Assembly: GCA_032718475.1 (NCBI GenBank)
Contig: JAUCBJ010004885.1
Coordinates: forward strand, 1 to 56,401
From: Nemertoderma westbladi
Taxonomy: Eukaryota > Animalia > Xenacoelomorpha
DNA: 56,401 nt
Direction of reading: 5' to 3'
Positions 24,082-34,401 of the stretch are shown piece after piece. The position numbers and the translations under genes are program-made. The notes below the pieces were generated by a model. The model saw nothing but the letters and a program-made list of their open reading frames with translations, did no database searches and was not told where the DNA came from. Positions within the stretch are counted from its first letter, which is position 1. Every line of letters begins with the position of its first letter.

Positions 24082-24614
24082 TGTGACGGGATCTACGGAT
24101 CCCGGTTTATCCGTTGGGTTTTCTATCCACGCGTCCCCGCCGTGTGTGAAAGGTAAAACAGTTCTGGTGCTCGGTTATATGTATAAGCTATAATAGTCTG
24201 ATATATATATATAGTATAGTAAGACACAACAGGTAATATAAGTATGATGGCGGTAGCGGACGGTGACAGAAGTCCCCGTTCCACCCTACTGATCTGACTG
24301 AGTAAACTGAATGAATGATTACAGGTTACTGGTTATATTGCACGGTGGCCTTATTGCTACTCAATCGATGCCTTTCCCCCCTCTGATTGGTTGATATCCC
24401 TGTTGGCACCCTTTGGAGTGTTTCCCTTCACTCCCTGTGTTCTCTCTCGGTTAGGGGTTTGGCCCCTGACCCCTATTGTGTGTGTCTCCTTTGGGGCCTA
24501 TTGTCCCCGTTTACTGGGCTGACACGAGGTTGATTGGTAATCAACCTCGTGCTCCCAATATTGCTTTATGGCTCACTCTATGGGTTTGTGTTAGCGGAAT
24601 TGGATAAGCTAACA
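24082..24614 (-). repeat. 3' LTR of B
   Basis: TGTGA...TAACA, repeat of 30270-30802, followed by PPT. Confidence 0.95.
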
Positions 24615-25029
24615 CTCCCCCCCATGCTATCTTCCCGGTGAGAAGATAGCATCCAACTAAAGTGCGCTACAATTCCGCTGGATCCCGATCTAGCATCGGG
24701 TGTGTGGTGGGTATATTTTTTCGGAGTCGGCTTTCCGGGCCGCTCCCTATGGGTATGATGTCACTACCCTCTGGCGTCTCGTGTCGGGCCGATCGTGCGC
24801 TTCTCTCACACAATTTTTGTTTCCCCAACAATCTCACCACTCTACTCCAACTCTCGCATACCCCCGGACCTCCTCGTCCCACACTCTTCCTCTCACTTCT
24901 CCTCCCCCACACTTGAATTGCGCCCACGTTCTCTTCGCACTCCGCACTAGTTACCTCTCCACTCTCTTGTCACTCCCTAAGGCTTTAATCTCTAATGCTA
25001 CCCCTGTGCTATCATACTGTCTACCTACT

Positions 25030-26470
25030 GCTTACTAACTCTAACTATCTAACTAACTCTGCTAACTACTAACTCTTACTACTTCTAGCTCTAACTGAGA
25101 GCCTCTAACTTTCTACTGACTCTAACTCTCTACTAAGTCTAACTAACTCCTACTAACTTTCTACTTCTACTAACTCTACTTGACTCCTCTGAGTCTACCA
25201 ACCCTGCTAACTAGCTCTACTAACTCTACTCCACTAGCTCTGCTAACTCTACTCCACTAGCTCTGCTAACTCTAAACTAGCTCTACTAACTCTACTCCAC
25301 TCTTCTAACTACGTGGCGCTTGCGGTGCCCACAACCACTCTACTATCTGGCACCCTATGTGCCCTCTCTGCTCTACTCTACTACCTGGCACCCTATGTGC
25401 CCTCTCTACTACACTACTACCTCTCTGACTCTACTACCTGGCACCCTATGTGCCCTCTCTACTACACTACTCTCTGGCACCCTATGTGCCCTCTCTACTA
25501 CCTCTAACACTCTAACTTTACTACCTGGCACCCTATGTGCCCTCTCTACTCTTCTACTACCTGGCACCCAATGTGCCCGTCTCTACTCCTCTACTCCCCC
25601 TTTACGTCTCATCGCCTACACGTGACGCTCTGAGTGCCGGCAGAGTGGGTACGTTAATTATGTGAACTACTACTGACTCTACTAACTCTACTAACTCTCT
25701 TCTAACTCTACTAACTCTTTTTGTGCCCGGCACCTCTTGTGCCCGGCACCTTCTAACTCTACTAACTCTCTACTAACTCAACTAACTCTACTACTAACTA
25801 TTTTTGTGCCCGGCACCTCTTGTGCCCGGCACCCACCCTAATTAACATACCCTGCTCTTACATCAAACACGTCATCACGCCCGTGCCCCACTAAGTTCAG
25901 CGCATTCCCTACTAACTCTAACTGCGTGGCGCTTCCGGTGCCCACAACCCTTCTACTGCTACTACTAACACTCCTAACTAGCGGTACTACGTACCCTCTT
26001 ACTACTCTAGCTCTCTCTACTAGCTAGCGGTACAACGTACCCTCTTACTACTCTAGCTCTCTCTACTAGCTAGCGGTACTACGTACCCTCTTACTCTTAC
26101 TAACTCTCTAACGGTACTACGTACCCCTTAACTCCTATTCTCTAACGGTACTGCGTACCCTCTAACTCTTACTTTCTAATCGGTACTTACGTACCGTCTA
26201 ACTCTAACTAACTAGCGGTACTTACATACCCTCTAACTCTCTAACTAACTGGCGGTACTTACGTACCCTCCAACTCTAACTAACTAGCGGTACTTACGTA
26301 CCCTCTAACTCTAACTAACTAGCGGTACTTACGTACCCTCTAACTCTCTTCTACTAACGGTACTACACGTACCCTCCTACTAACTCTTCTACTAACGGTA
26401 CTACACGTACCCTCCTTTAACTAACTAACTAACTAATTAACTCTTACTACCTAACTTCTACCTACTCTAT
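25030..26470. repeat. Low-complexity CTA-rich region carrying arrays of short hairpins
   Basis: 6x GGCAC-N5-GTGCC, 4x GTGCC-C-GGCAC, 12x GGTAC-N3-5-GTACC in G-poor spacers. Confidence 0.9.
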
Positions 26471-26495
26471 TATTTAATTATTTTCTTATTTTTAA

Positions 26496-28955
26496 TTAAA
26501 TAATTATTTTATATTTTGTGCGTGGGAAGGGCGTCTCGCCCTCATTCCCACCCCCCTCAGTCCAAAACTTTGGACGACTAAAAACTCTCAGGTGCCCCTT
26601 CTTCCAGTAGGCACTCTCCTGCTGCCCTCCTATACGTCCTCTAACTCTTCGCCACACTCTCTTCGACACTACCTCCGCTAGCCTCCCCCTTCGTATGTGC
26701 GCTGGCATTAAAGGCCTCGTCGACCCCCGCTCGTTCCTTGGAACACATGGCGTCTGCCCGTGCAATGCCCCCTCGCACTGTGTCCGTCCTGCGTGTGTAT
26801 GCAACACGCCTCCTTCTACTTTCCCGACTCCCTTATGTTTGCTCATGGGCTTCTCTGCCCCTGGTCTAGTCCTTTCACATCCTCTCCCTTTCCAACACTC
26901 TCCGGATCTGTGTCCTTTTACCACACATCGATGACATAGTCCGTTTGCGTCTGTGTAGGCTACACGATCTCGTTTGGGCAACGCTTGCCAGTACTTACAA
27001 CTCCTGGTCTTATGGGTTCCGTCCCGATGCAACTGACACTGGAATCCTGGATTATAGCGTTTCCTGTATAGTCCTTCACGTATCGCGCTTAGGTTTATAT
27101 GTACCGATTTAATGTTTTGGTTGTCTAGACTCGGCCTACTGGGTATATTGGGATTGTGTTTATTTTTGGTGTTATTTTCTTTCTGTCCCTGCCACGGTGT
27201 GGCCCTGCTACCAGCTAACTGTGGACTAGCAGTCCCCTGTACGGCCGCGTGTGGTATTGACTGTCCGCACGACCTGCTCTCGTCCAGGGAGTTCGATGTT
27301 CTTGCTCCTATCGGGGTACATTGTCGATATTGTGATGGGGGAATGTCACCCTGTCCCCCCCCAGCCGGTATGTTTGGTACTGGGGTTGATGTTAATACAT
27401 TGGGGCCCATACGTCTATCTCCAATAACTCCCCCCTCCCCTGGATATATGTTATGTCCCTGTGTATTATAGTCATGCTGCTGTACCGATATAGGCCTACC
27501 TACCTCTCGCCTACCTACCGGTATGTACTCCGCGACTTCCGGGTTTAATCCCGTCATTCGCGCTACCCCATCGCCTACTCTATCTCTCCCAGCATGGCCT
27601 ATAATAGTATGTGCAGTAAGGCCTACAGTATGTCCTGCAGTCTGCATGTGCCCTTCCGAACCGACGTTTATTCTTCGCGAATCTCGAATCTCCCCGCGAC
27701 TACTGCACTCTCGATCGGCAGCTATATCCCGTCGGGAAGCTTCTCTCCGATCCCCTCTCCTGTTCTCGACTCTGTATTGGTACGTCTTGTGCCCCTCTCT
27801 TGGCGTGCGGTGCGTTTCTCCGGGGCGACGGCAATCTCCCGAAGTTCGACCCCACTGGCTCCCTGACTCCATCTCTACTATCGACGGTCCGTTATCCGTC
27901 CTCGCACTCCTATCATTCGTGGCGACACCTTTTCTACTATCTCCTCTTCTTCTCTTTTCAGTGCAGTATCCCGGCTGGTGAGATCTCTCGTCGACCTCCC
28001 GGCGGTTAAACTCCACTCTTCTTCTTCTCTCTTCTGATCGGGCCCGACGCTTCGTCTGCCCTCTCGCGACGTCAACCTGCCTCTCTCTGCTCGATCGCAC
28101 GCCGCTGGGGACACTCGCAATCCCCCTATTACTCTCCGTCGCCGGGTGTTGCGGTTTACCTGATTCGGCCCGCGCATTATCCGCTGACGGCTGTGGGACA
28201 CTCTCTGCCCCCCCTCTCTCGCTACTAATCTCTCGCGGTGGGGTGCCCGTAGCCCCCCCCCACCCGCCACTTCTAACTTCACTATCTCTTACTACACTCC
28301 TACACCCCTCTTGTGGGGCATTCTCTGCCCCCCCTCTCTCGCCACTAATCGTATGTGGTGGGGCGCCGGTAGCCCCCCCCCCCCACTCGCCACATCTAAC
28401 TTCACTATCTCTTACTTCGTCTCTACACCCCTCTCTAGTCGACACACTGTTTCTACTGCGGCCGGGTCTATTCACCCCCGCCTCTCTCTGTACTACTGCG
28501 TGGCCTACCAGGCCCACCTCGGGTTGGCTCAACCGCGCCACTTCCTGCCTACTAACTACGTGGCCTACCAGGCCGCCGTCTGCCGGGCTACACACGTCTG
28601 ACGCGTTCACATTAATAGCACCATTCCCAATATTATTTGTTAAATCAAATAAATTATTAGAATTTGAAACGAGATTTAAATTATTTAAATTAGAATTATT
28701 TGAATTTTCAAAATTTAAATTATTGTTCGTATTATTTGAATTATTCTGAATATTTGAATTAACGTTATTATTTGAGTTTAAGTTTAAATTACTACTACCA
28801 GGTAGAATATTTTCTGTAATAAAGGGATTATGGTTATTTACTACGGTACTATTAATACCAATATTTCCTAACGCACTACTACTACCCCCCCCCCCCGCCC
28901 GTACGGCTACACCAGTTCTGGTTCTCTCGCCCGGTGTCTGTAAGTGGGGTCTCAC
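26496..28955 (-). CDS. Gag-derived ORF of B (819 aa): Asn-rich and Arg-rich disordered regions plus zinc knuckle; capsid-like domain absent
   Basis: Aligns by eye with A gag (GHTVGLTAHTI, YPGEG.VI.DR.MGPN); CHRCVVKGHRSGEC; the ORF-track start is probably not the real start. Confidence 0.7.
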   Translation of the reverse strand: MRPHLQTPGERTRTGVAVRAGGGGSSSALGNIGINSTVVNNHNPFITENILPGSSNLNLNSNNNVNSNIQNNSNNTNNNLNFENSNNSNLNNLNLVSNSNNLFDLTNNIGNGAINVNASDVCSPADGGLVGHVVSRQEVARLSQPEVGLVGHAVVQREAGVNRPGRSRNSVSTREGCRDEVRDSEVRCGEWGGGATGAPPHTISGERGGAENAPQEGCRSVVRDSEVRSGGWGGATGTPPREISSERGGAESVPQPSADNARAESGKPQHPATESNRGIASVPSGVRSSRERQVDVARGQTKRRARSEERRRRVEFNRREVDERSHQPGYCTEKRRRGDSRKGVATNDRSARTDNGPSIVEMESGSQWGRTSGDCRRPGETHRTPREGHKTYQYRVENRRGDRREASRRDIAADRECSSRGEIRDSRRINVGSEGHMQTAGHTVGLTAHTIIGHAGRDRVGDGVARMTGLNPEVAEYIPVGRREVGRPISVQQHDYNTQGHNIYPGEGGVIGDRRMGPNVLTSTPVPNIPAGGGQGDIPPSQYRQCTPIGARTSNSLDESRSCGQSIPHAAVQGTASPQLAGSRATPWQGQKENNTKNKHNPNIPSRPSLDNQNIKSVHINLSAIREGLYRKRYNPGFQCQLHRDGTHKTRSCKYWQALPKRDRVAYTDANGLCHRCVVKGHRSGECWKGRGCERTRPGAEKPMSKHKGVGKVEGGVLHTHAGRTQCEGALHGQTPCVPRNERGSTRPLMPAHIRRGRLAEVVSKRVWRRVRGRIGGQQESAYWKKGHLRVFSRPKFWTEGGGNEGETPFPRTKYKIII

Positions 28956-29088
28956 TCTCTGACAGTTCCAACCGCGCCAGTTCTAGTCGGCGCTGGTCTA
29001 GTTTGGCTTGATATTGCGCAAGCCTCCCTAGCTGAGCACGCAAATCTTCCCGCTCACGCTCTATCTCTATCTCTCTCTCTATGCACTC

Positions 29089-30201
29089 TCATAAACTTTG
29101 CTCGGCCAACTCGGTATCTCCCGCAACCATCTCAAGCCACGTCGCCGGCTCGTCCCCTACTCTCATCTCCCGCTCTCTACACTCCTTGACTCTCTCTCTA
29201 TCCTCCCTTGCCCACTCTCTTTCTCTCTCCAACCATGCGGTTTCCTCTCTCAATTGTCTCTCTAACTCATTCTGCTCTGTCGCCACCATCGCTAATTCAT
29301 ACGTCAGATTTATTTTCAGCACCCTTCTTTCTTTCGCGGAGGATGTAGCAGACTTATCGGTTGCGACGGACTCCCGCCGCCCCTCCGTCCTATCAACTTT
29401 CCCCCGCCTCCCGGAACTTCCTCCAACCGACGAGACCGAATCCTCGGAGTTAACCTCGGATTCGCCCTCCTCAGGTCTCTTCCAACCCACTAATTTTACT
29501 CCCCGGGCATCGACTAAGTATGGCCCTACGTACACTACGCTAGGTTCCATACCCCCACATTCCCATAGTTCAATCAGTTCGTTGGCAACCCCTTTTGCTC
29601 TCTCCTCGGCTAGTTCTCTCTGCCCAAAACGCATTAGGTAACTAAAATGTCTGTCCGACTCACCTAGTCGTTTCATCAATCTCACCTCGTCTATCTTCGC
29701 CCCTCCTTTGGCCTCTCTCAGTTGCTCCCGGGTCGCGAGGTAGGCCCGTCGAAGTCGATCAGAAACCCCGACGTCCTCGTCGCCGACCTCTCCTCCATCT
29801 CTCCGGGTCCGACGTCGTACCGACGGCCCCACCGTCGCCGTTCCGGTGGACCGTTCGTCGTCCTCGGCCTGTGGCTGGCCGGTGACATCGGTATGTCGAC
29901 CCTCGCTCCGCGTCGACTCGTCTTTCTCTTCTTCTCCCTTCTCGTCTCCTTCCCTCGACTCACTCTCCGGTTGTAGACGACCCCCCACATCTTGGTTCGC
30001 CGGGTTGCTCGTTGTCGACGTGGCGTCAACCTGCGTCGACGTGGTCGGCGTAGCATCGACCGGCGTCGTGGGTTCGTATCGTCTCGCCGTGGCCTCGCGG
30101 ATCGTTAGATCGTCGTCCGGGGTCCGCGGCGGTGTCGTTCCTCTCTCTCGACTCATCGTCGTCTTTGGTGGCTGGCAGCCACGTTGATAACAATCTATCA
30201 C
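29089..30201 (-). CDS. N-terminal gag-like ORF of B (coiled coil), probably once continuous with 26496-28955
   Basis: RLRRAYLATREQL..RLGESDRHFSYLMRFGQ..LVDARGVKLVGW is homologous to A ORFs 8819-9411. Confidence 0.65.
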   Translation of the reverse strand: MIDCYQRGCQPPKTTMSRERGTTPPRTPDDDLTIREATARRYEPTTPVDATPTTSTQVDATSTTSNPANQDVGGRLQPESESREGDEKGEEEKDESTRSEGRHTDVTGQPQAEDDERSTGTATVGPSVRRRTRRDGGEVGDEDVGVSDRLRRAYLATREQLREAKGGAKIDEVRLMKRLGESDRHFSYLMRFGQRELAEERAKGVANELIELWECGGMEPSVVYVGPYLVDARGVKLVGWKRPEEGESEVNSEDSVSSVGGSSGRRGKVDRTEGRRESVATDKSATSSAKERRVLKINLTYELAMVATEQNELERQLREETAWLEREREWAREDRERVKECREREMRVGDEPATWLEMVAGDTELAEQSL

Positions 30202-30269
30202 TGTCAGGGCAGCTGGGCGGATCTGATTCTGTCACTGTCAGGGCAGCTGGGCGGATCTGATTCTGTCAC
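30198..30269. repeat. 34-bp tandem duplication directly inside the 5' LTR of B
   Basis: (TCACTGTCAGGGCAGCTGGGCGGATCTGATTCTG)x2 + TCAC. Confidence 0.9.
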
Positions 30270-30802
30270 TGTGACGGGATCTACGGATCCCGGTTTATCC
30301 GTTGGGTTTTCTATCCACGCGTCCCCGCCGTGTGTGAAAGGTAAAAGAGTTCTGGTGTTCGGTTATATGTATAAGGTATAATAGTCTGATATATATATAT
30401 AGTATAGTATGACACAACAGGTAATATAAGTATGATGGCGGTAGCGGACGGTGACAGAAGTCCCCGTTCCACCCTACTGATCTGACTGAGTAAACTGAAT
30501 GAATGATTACAGGTTACTGGTTATATTGAACGGTGGCCTTATTGCTACTCAATCGATGCCTTTCCCCCCTCTGATTGGTTGATATCCCTGTTGGCACCCT
30601 TTGGAGTGTTTCCCTTCACTCCCTGTGTTCTCTCTCGGTTAGGGGTTTGGCCCCTGACCCCTATTGTGTGTGTCTCCTTTGGGGCCTATTGTCCCCGTTT
30701 ACTGGGCTGACACGAGGTTGATTGGTAATCAACCTCGTGCTCCCAATATTGCTTTATGGCTCACTCTATGGGTTTGTGTTAGCGGAATTGGATAAGCTAA
30801 CA
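30270..30802 (-). repeat. 5' LTR of B
   Basis: Repeat of 24082-24614. Confidence 0.95.
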
Positions 30803-31345
30803 AATTAGGTAAATGATCGTTTATTGTTTTGGTTAGAAAATCCCGCCTCTGTAACCTGTCCCTTTCCCTCAATTAGTTAAATGATCGTTTATTGTTTTGG
30901 TTAGAAAATCCCGCCTCTGTAACCTGCTCCTTTCCCTGAATTGGTAAAGTGACCGTTTATTGTTTTGGTTCTAAAGGCCCGCCTCTGTAACCTGCCCCTT
31001 TCCCTCAATTACTTAAATGATCGTTTATTGTTTTGGTTAGAAAATCCCGCCTCTGTAACCTGCTCCTTTCCCTCAATTAGTTAAGTGATCGTTTATTGTT
31101 TTGGTTAGAAAATTCCGCCTCTGTAACCTGTCCCTTTCCCTCAATTAGTTAAATGATCGTTTATTGTTTTGGTTAGAAAATCCCGCCTCTGTAACCTGCT
31201 CCTTTCCCTCAATAAGTTAGGTGATCGTTTATTGTTTTGGTTAGAAAATCCCGCCTCTGTAACCTGCTCCTTTCCCTCAATTAGTTAAGTGATCGTTTAT
31301 TGTTTTGGTTAGAAAACTCGGCCTTAACCTGCTCCTTTCCATCAA
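30803..31345. repeat. 68-bp tandem satellite, about 8 copies; a partial unit lies at ~24053-24081 on the other side of B
   Basis: Unit AATTAGTTAAATGATCGTTTATTGTTTTGGTTAGAAAATCCCGCCTCTGTAACCTGCTCCTTTCCCTC; starts at 30803, 30871, ... Confidence 0.95.
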
Positions 31346-32073
31346 TTGGTAATTGTTTTTGGCTATAAAATGAGTGTTTTGCTACGTCATGTGGTAATCG
31401 ATTATCGACAACAACCACAAACTATTAAATATAGAGTCTTTTTACCACAGGCGCATATGGAAATCTATCTCATAGTCTATAAATCATGGAATCATGGAAT
31501 GTTTTGGCACAGGCATAGTGAAATCAACTGTCTGACAGTCCAGAAATCAGCAGTCTGACAGTTTGAAGAAATACATACATAAAAAGTCATTAAAAGGACA
31601 ATAAAAGTCATTAAAAGGACAACAGAAGTCATTATGCACAATTCGTAAAAAAAGGAGGACAAAAAAAGTCAAATAAAAGGACATAAAAAATCACTGCCTT
31701 AATGAATTACTAAGAAGACAACCAGCTGTCAAATACACTGATTAGAAAAAAGAAAAAAGTTTAGTGTTAAGTTAAGTTTTAATGCTGGTGGTCTTGTGAT
31801 GTTATTGGGAATAGAGGAGTAATTTGCTTGTCCATATTAGCAAACAATTTCGAGTAGCCCGTGAAGCTAGTAATTAGACAGATTTAAATTTCATAACTTC
31901 CGACAACTCTTCCTTCAAAGTGGATTATCTCAAAAATTAATTTAGCTATTAACACGCCGCAAATAGATTTGGTTTCCCCCATGAACAATGAAAATAAATA
32001 AATTAAGAATTGTTACTCAAAAATTTTAAATTTTCTTAAAGTGCAATTTTATCAAACGACATTTTCACCTTAA

Positions 32074-34401
32074 CCCTATTATTAGTACCGGGCTATAAAA
32101 TATATATATTTATTTATTGACCCCCCCCCCCCCCTCTAAAATCAACAAATTTTAATGAAAACGTCTGATTTTTTGTTAGTACGCAGATTTCACTAGTCTG
32201 AATCCAATCGAAAAAAAATTTAAAAAAGAAGTAATGGAGTGTTTATTTTGAAGCACCAAAATTACAAGTAGAGAGGAAATTTTCAAATTTTCATAAAATT
32301 TGACAGAAACAATTTTCGGCTAATTGTTTTTCAATACACGTTTTTTGGTGCGTAAAATCCATTTAAAAATATTTAAAAATAATCTGATTAGTATAAATAG
32401 CTGTTTTAGTCCTCTACGTAGGCAAAAAATGAAAAAAAAACGGATGATGCGGTTAGAGATTTGGTCTATTTTGCCCAATGCTGCATGTGCAGTTGGATTC
32501 ATCAATAGACCAATTCCACCATTGCCACTATCATCTGCTGAAGCGAGGGCGAGTCGCCAACCGCCCCCCATGTCCTTAATCAGAACCTCATCAGTCTCTC
32601 CAGTCTGCATTCGGTGCTCTTGAACACCCACTGCACTAAGAGAAAGCTTATCTGCCAAGGTTCACCAATTTGTTGGTCGGGGTGGACATGAGAGTAGCCT
32701 CCAACTCCAGAATCCCTCTCCCCCTCACAATCTGGCCTCCCTGGTGACCCAGGGTTTGGGCCAGAAAGGTCATCAGGAAAGGGACTCAAATAATTGTTTG
32801 CCGCTCTCTCTCCAGTAGGGGGTGAGACAGGCAGCAGGTCAGGAGATAACTGACGCCTGTGAGGCCGATTGTGTCCAGTCATTCCACTGGCCTCTAGTGG
32901 CTGGACCTCCGCATTACTAATGTAATCCATAGTGGGGGTTGGGGGCTGCTTTTTTGCCGAGTCAGCTCTCGGGGCAAATACCACACCCTGGTTTGCCATT
33001 CCACAGGGTGGGTGTCGCAGTGGAGTCAGATATGAGGCCCATCACCCATATCTACTATGGCGCACATGACCCACCATTGGCTGTGCAGCTCATCTGCTGG
33101 GTCATGCCCTGTACCCCTGCTGCCAGGTGCAGGTCGCAGTGAAGTGCACTCAGAGTGGACATGAGAACACTCTACTCCTGACCAGCCATTGGTAGATCAC
33201 CATCTGCCTGGCCAGGCCATAAACCCCTGCAGTCAAGTATATGGGTCCTTAATCCAGGACCAAGGGCGTCCTTATCCCAGAACGAAGGGGTCCTAGTTAC
33301 AGGACCAGATTTGCCCTAGTAAGAGGGTCTATGCAGCTACAGGTGGCACCTCCTTTATGCTGCATGGAGGTGGCAAGTTTTCTTGATCAATGACCTAGAA
33401 TACCTGACCTGACTAACCCACTATTACTATATATGTGACAGGTACGGTACCCGGTAGGCTTCCCTACATAGTTTGTTATGCAGTACCGCAACAGCAGTAC
33501 ACAACAAATGATAGGCCTACATGATAAGTACTACTTGAGTGTGTTCGGGTGTGTTCTTGTGTGTTCGCTTGTGTTCAGTAAAAATAACTATCCAAAATTA
33601 CAAGTAGAGATGAAATTTTCATAAAATTTGACAGTAACAATTTTCGGCTAATTGTTTTTCAATACAGGTTTTTTGGTGCGTAAAATCCATTGGAAAATAT
33701 TAAAAAATAATCTGATTAGTATAAATGGCTGTTTTAGTCCTCTATGAAGTCCACAATGAAAAAAAACAAGTAACCAGCACTTTTCAGTTTGAACACAAAA
33801 TTTTTAATTCACTTATACGATACCATAATTTAACATTTTCAGGTTTTCTGGGGCGCTGAGTCGAATGGAATACATTTCTAAGTTGTTAGATCATTGTTAA
33901 TCGAATTTTTCGGCGTAATTTGGCAAATTTTGGTGCTAGCACCAAATTTCGTACCCATCACCAAACAGTACAGGTTTGAGATGAACAGTACGGTTTTTAT
34001 TGATTCAATCGGATTTAGGACCCACCAAAACCCCTATAACGCAAGAAACAAGATGATACTATATATTGATCAATATGCTTATTTCCAAAAATTTGGTGCT
34101 GATGACTCAACAATTTTCACCCACCGGCGAAAAATACAAGTTTGAAAACTCTTCTGCAATATTTACTTGTTCCATTGAATTCAGAACCCTCACAAACCCG
34201 TATAATGCTTAAAACAAGGTGACACAATCAATTAATATATTTGATGGTTTTCAAAATTTGGTGCTAGCACCAAATTCCGAAAAACTCACTTCCGAAAAAC
34301 TCACTTCCGAAAAAAGTTTGAGATGCCTGGTTAGATAATCTAAACATCTAAAACGCGAGAAATAAGTTGTCACAAGCAATTGAACTATTGAATGGATTTT
34401 C
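32074..34401. mobile_element. Truncated copy of the piggyBac-type non-autonomous element, interrupted by an RTE fragment
   Basis: TTAA|CCCTATT(ATT)AGTACCGGG left end; 32074-32441 and ~33593-34401 match parts of 38333-39345. Confidence 0.8.
32442..33420 (-). mobile_element. 5' part of an RTE-clade LINE (5' UTR and start of AP endonuclease)
   Basis: AVGVQEHRM...GNGGIGLLM...ISNRII; GC-rich structured leader upstream. Confidence 0.72.

Larger units (their letters stand above)
24082..30802 (-). mobile_element. Non-autonomous LTR element B, related to family A, no pol
   Basis: 533-bp LTRs (about 5 differences counted); TSD AATTA (24077-24081 / 30803-30807); same PPT-hairpin block as A; gag-like ORFs homologous to A. 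Confidence 0.95.

Noticed and set aside
25345-26415. CRISPR-like palindromic repeats with spacers
   Set aside because: Spacers are low-complexity variants of each other (CTA-rich), not unique acquired sequence
30803-31345. CRISPR-like array
   Set aside because: Units are head-to-tail with no unique spacers, there are no cas genes, and the context is eukaryotic; it is a satellite
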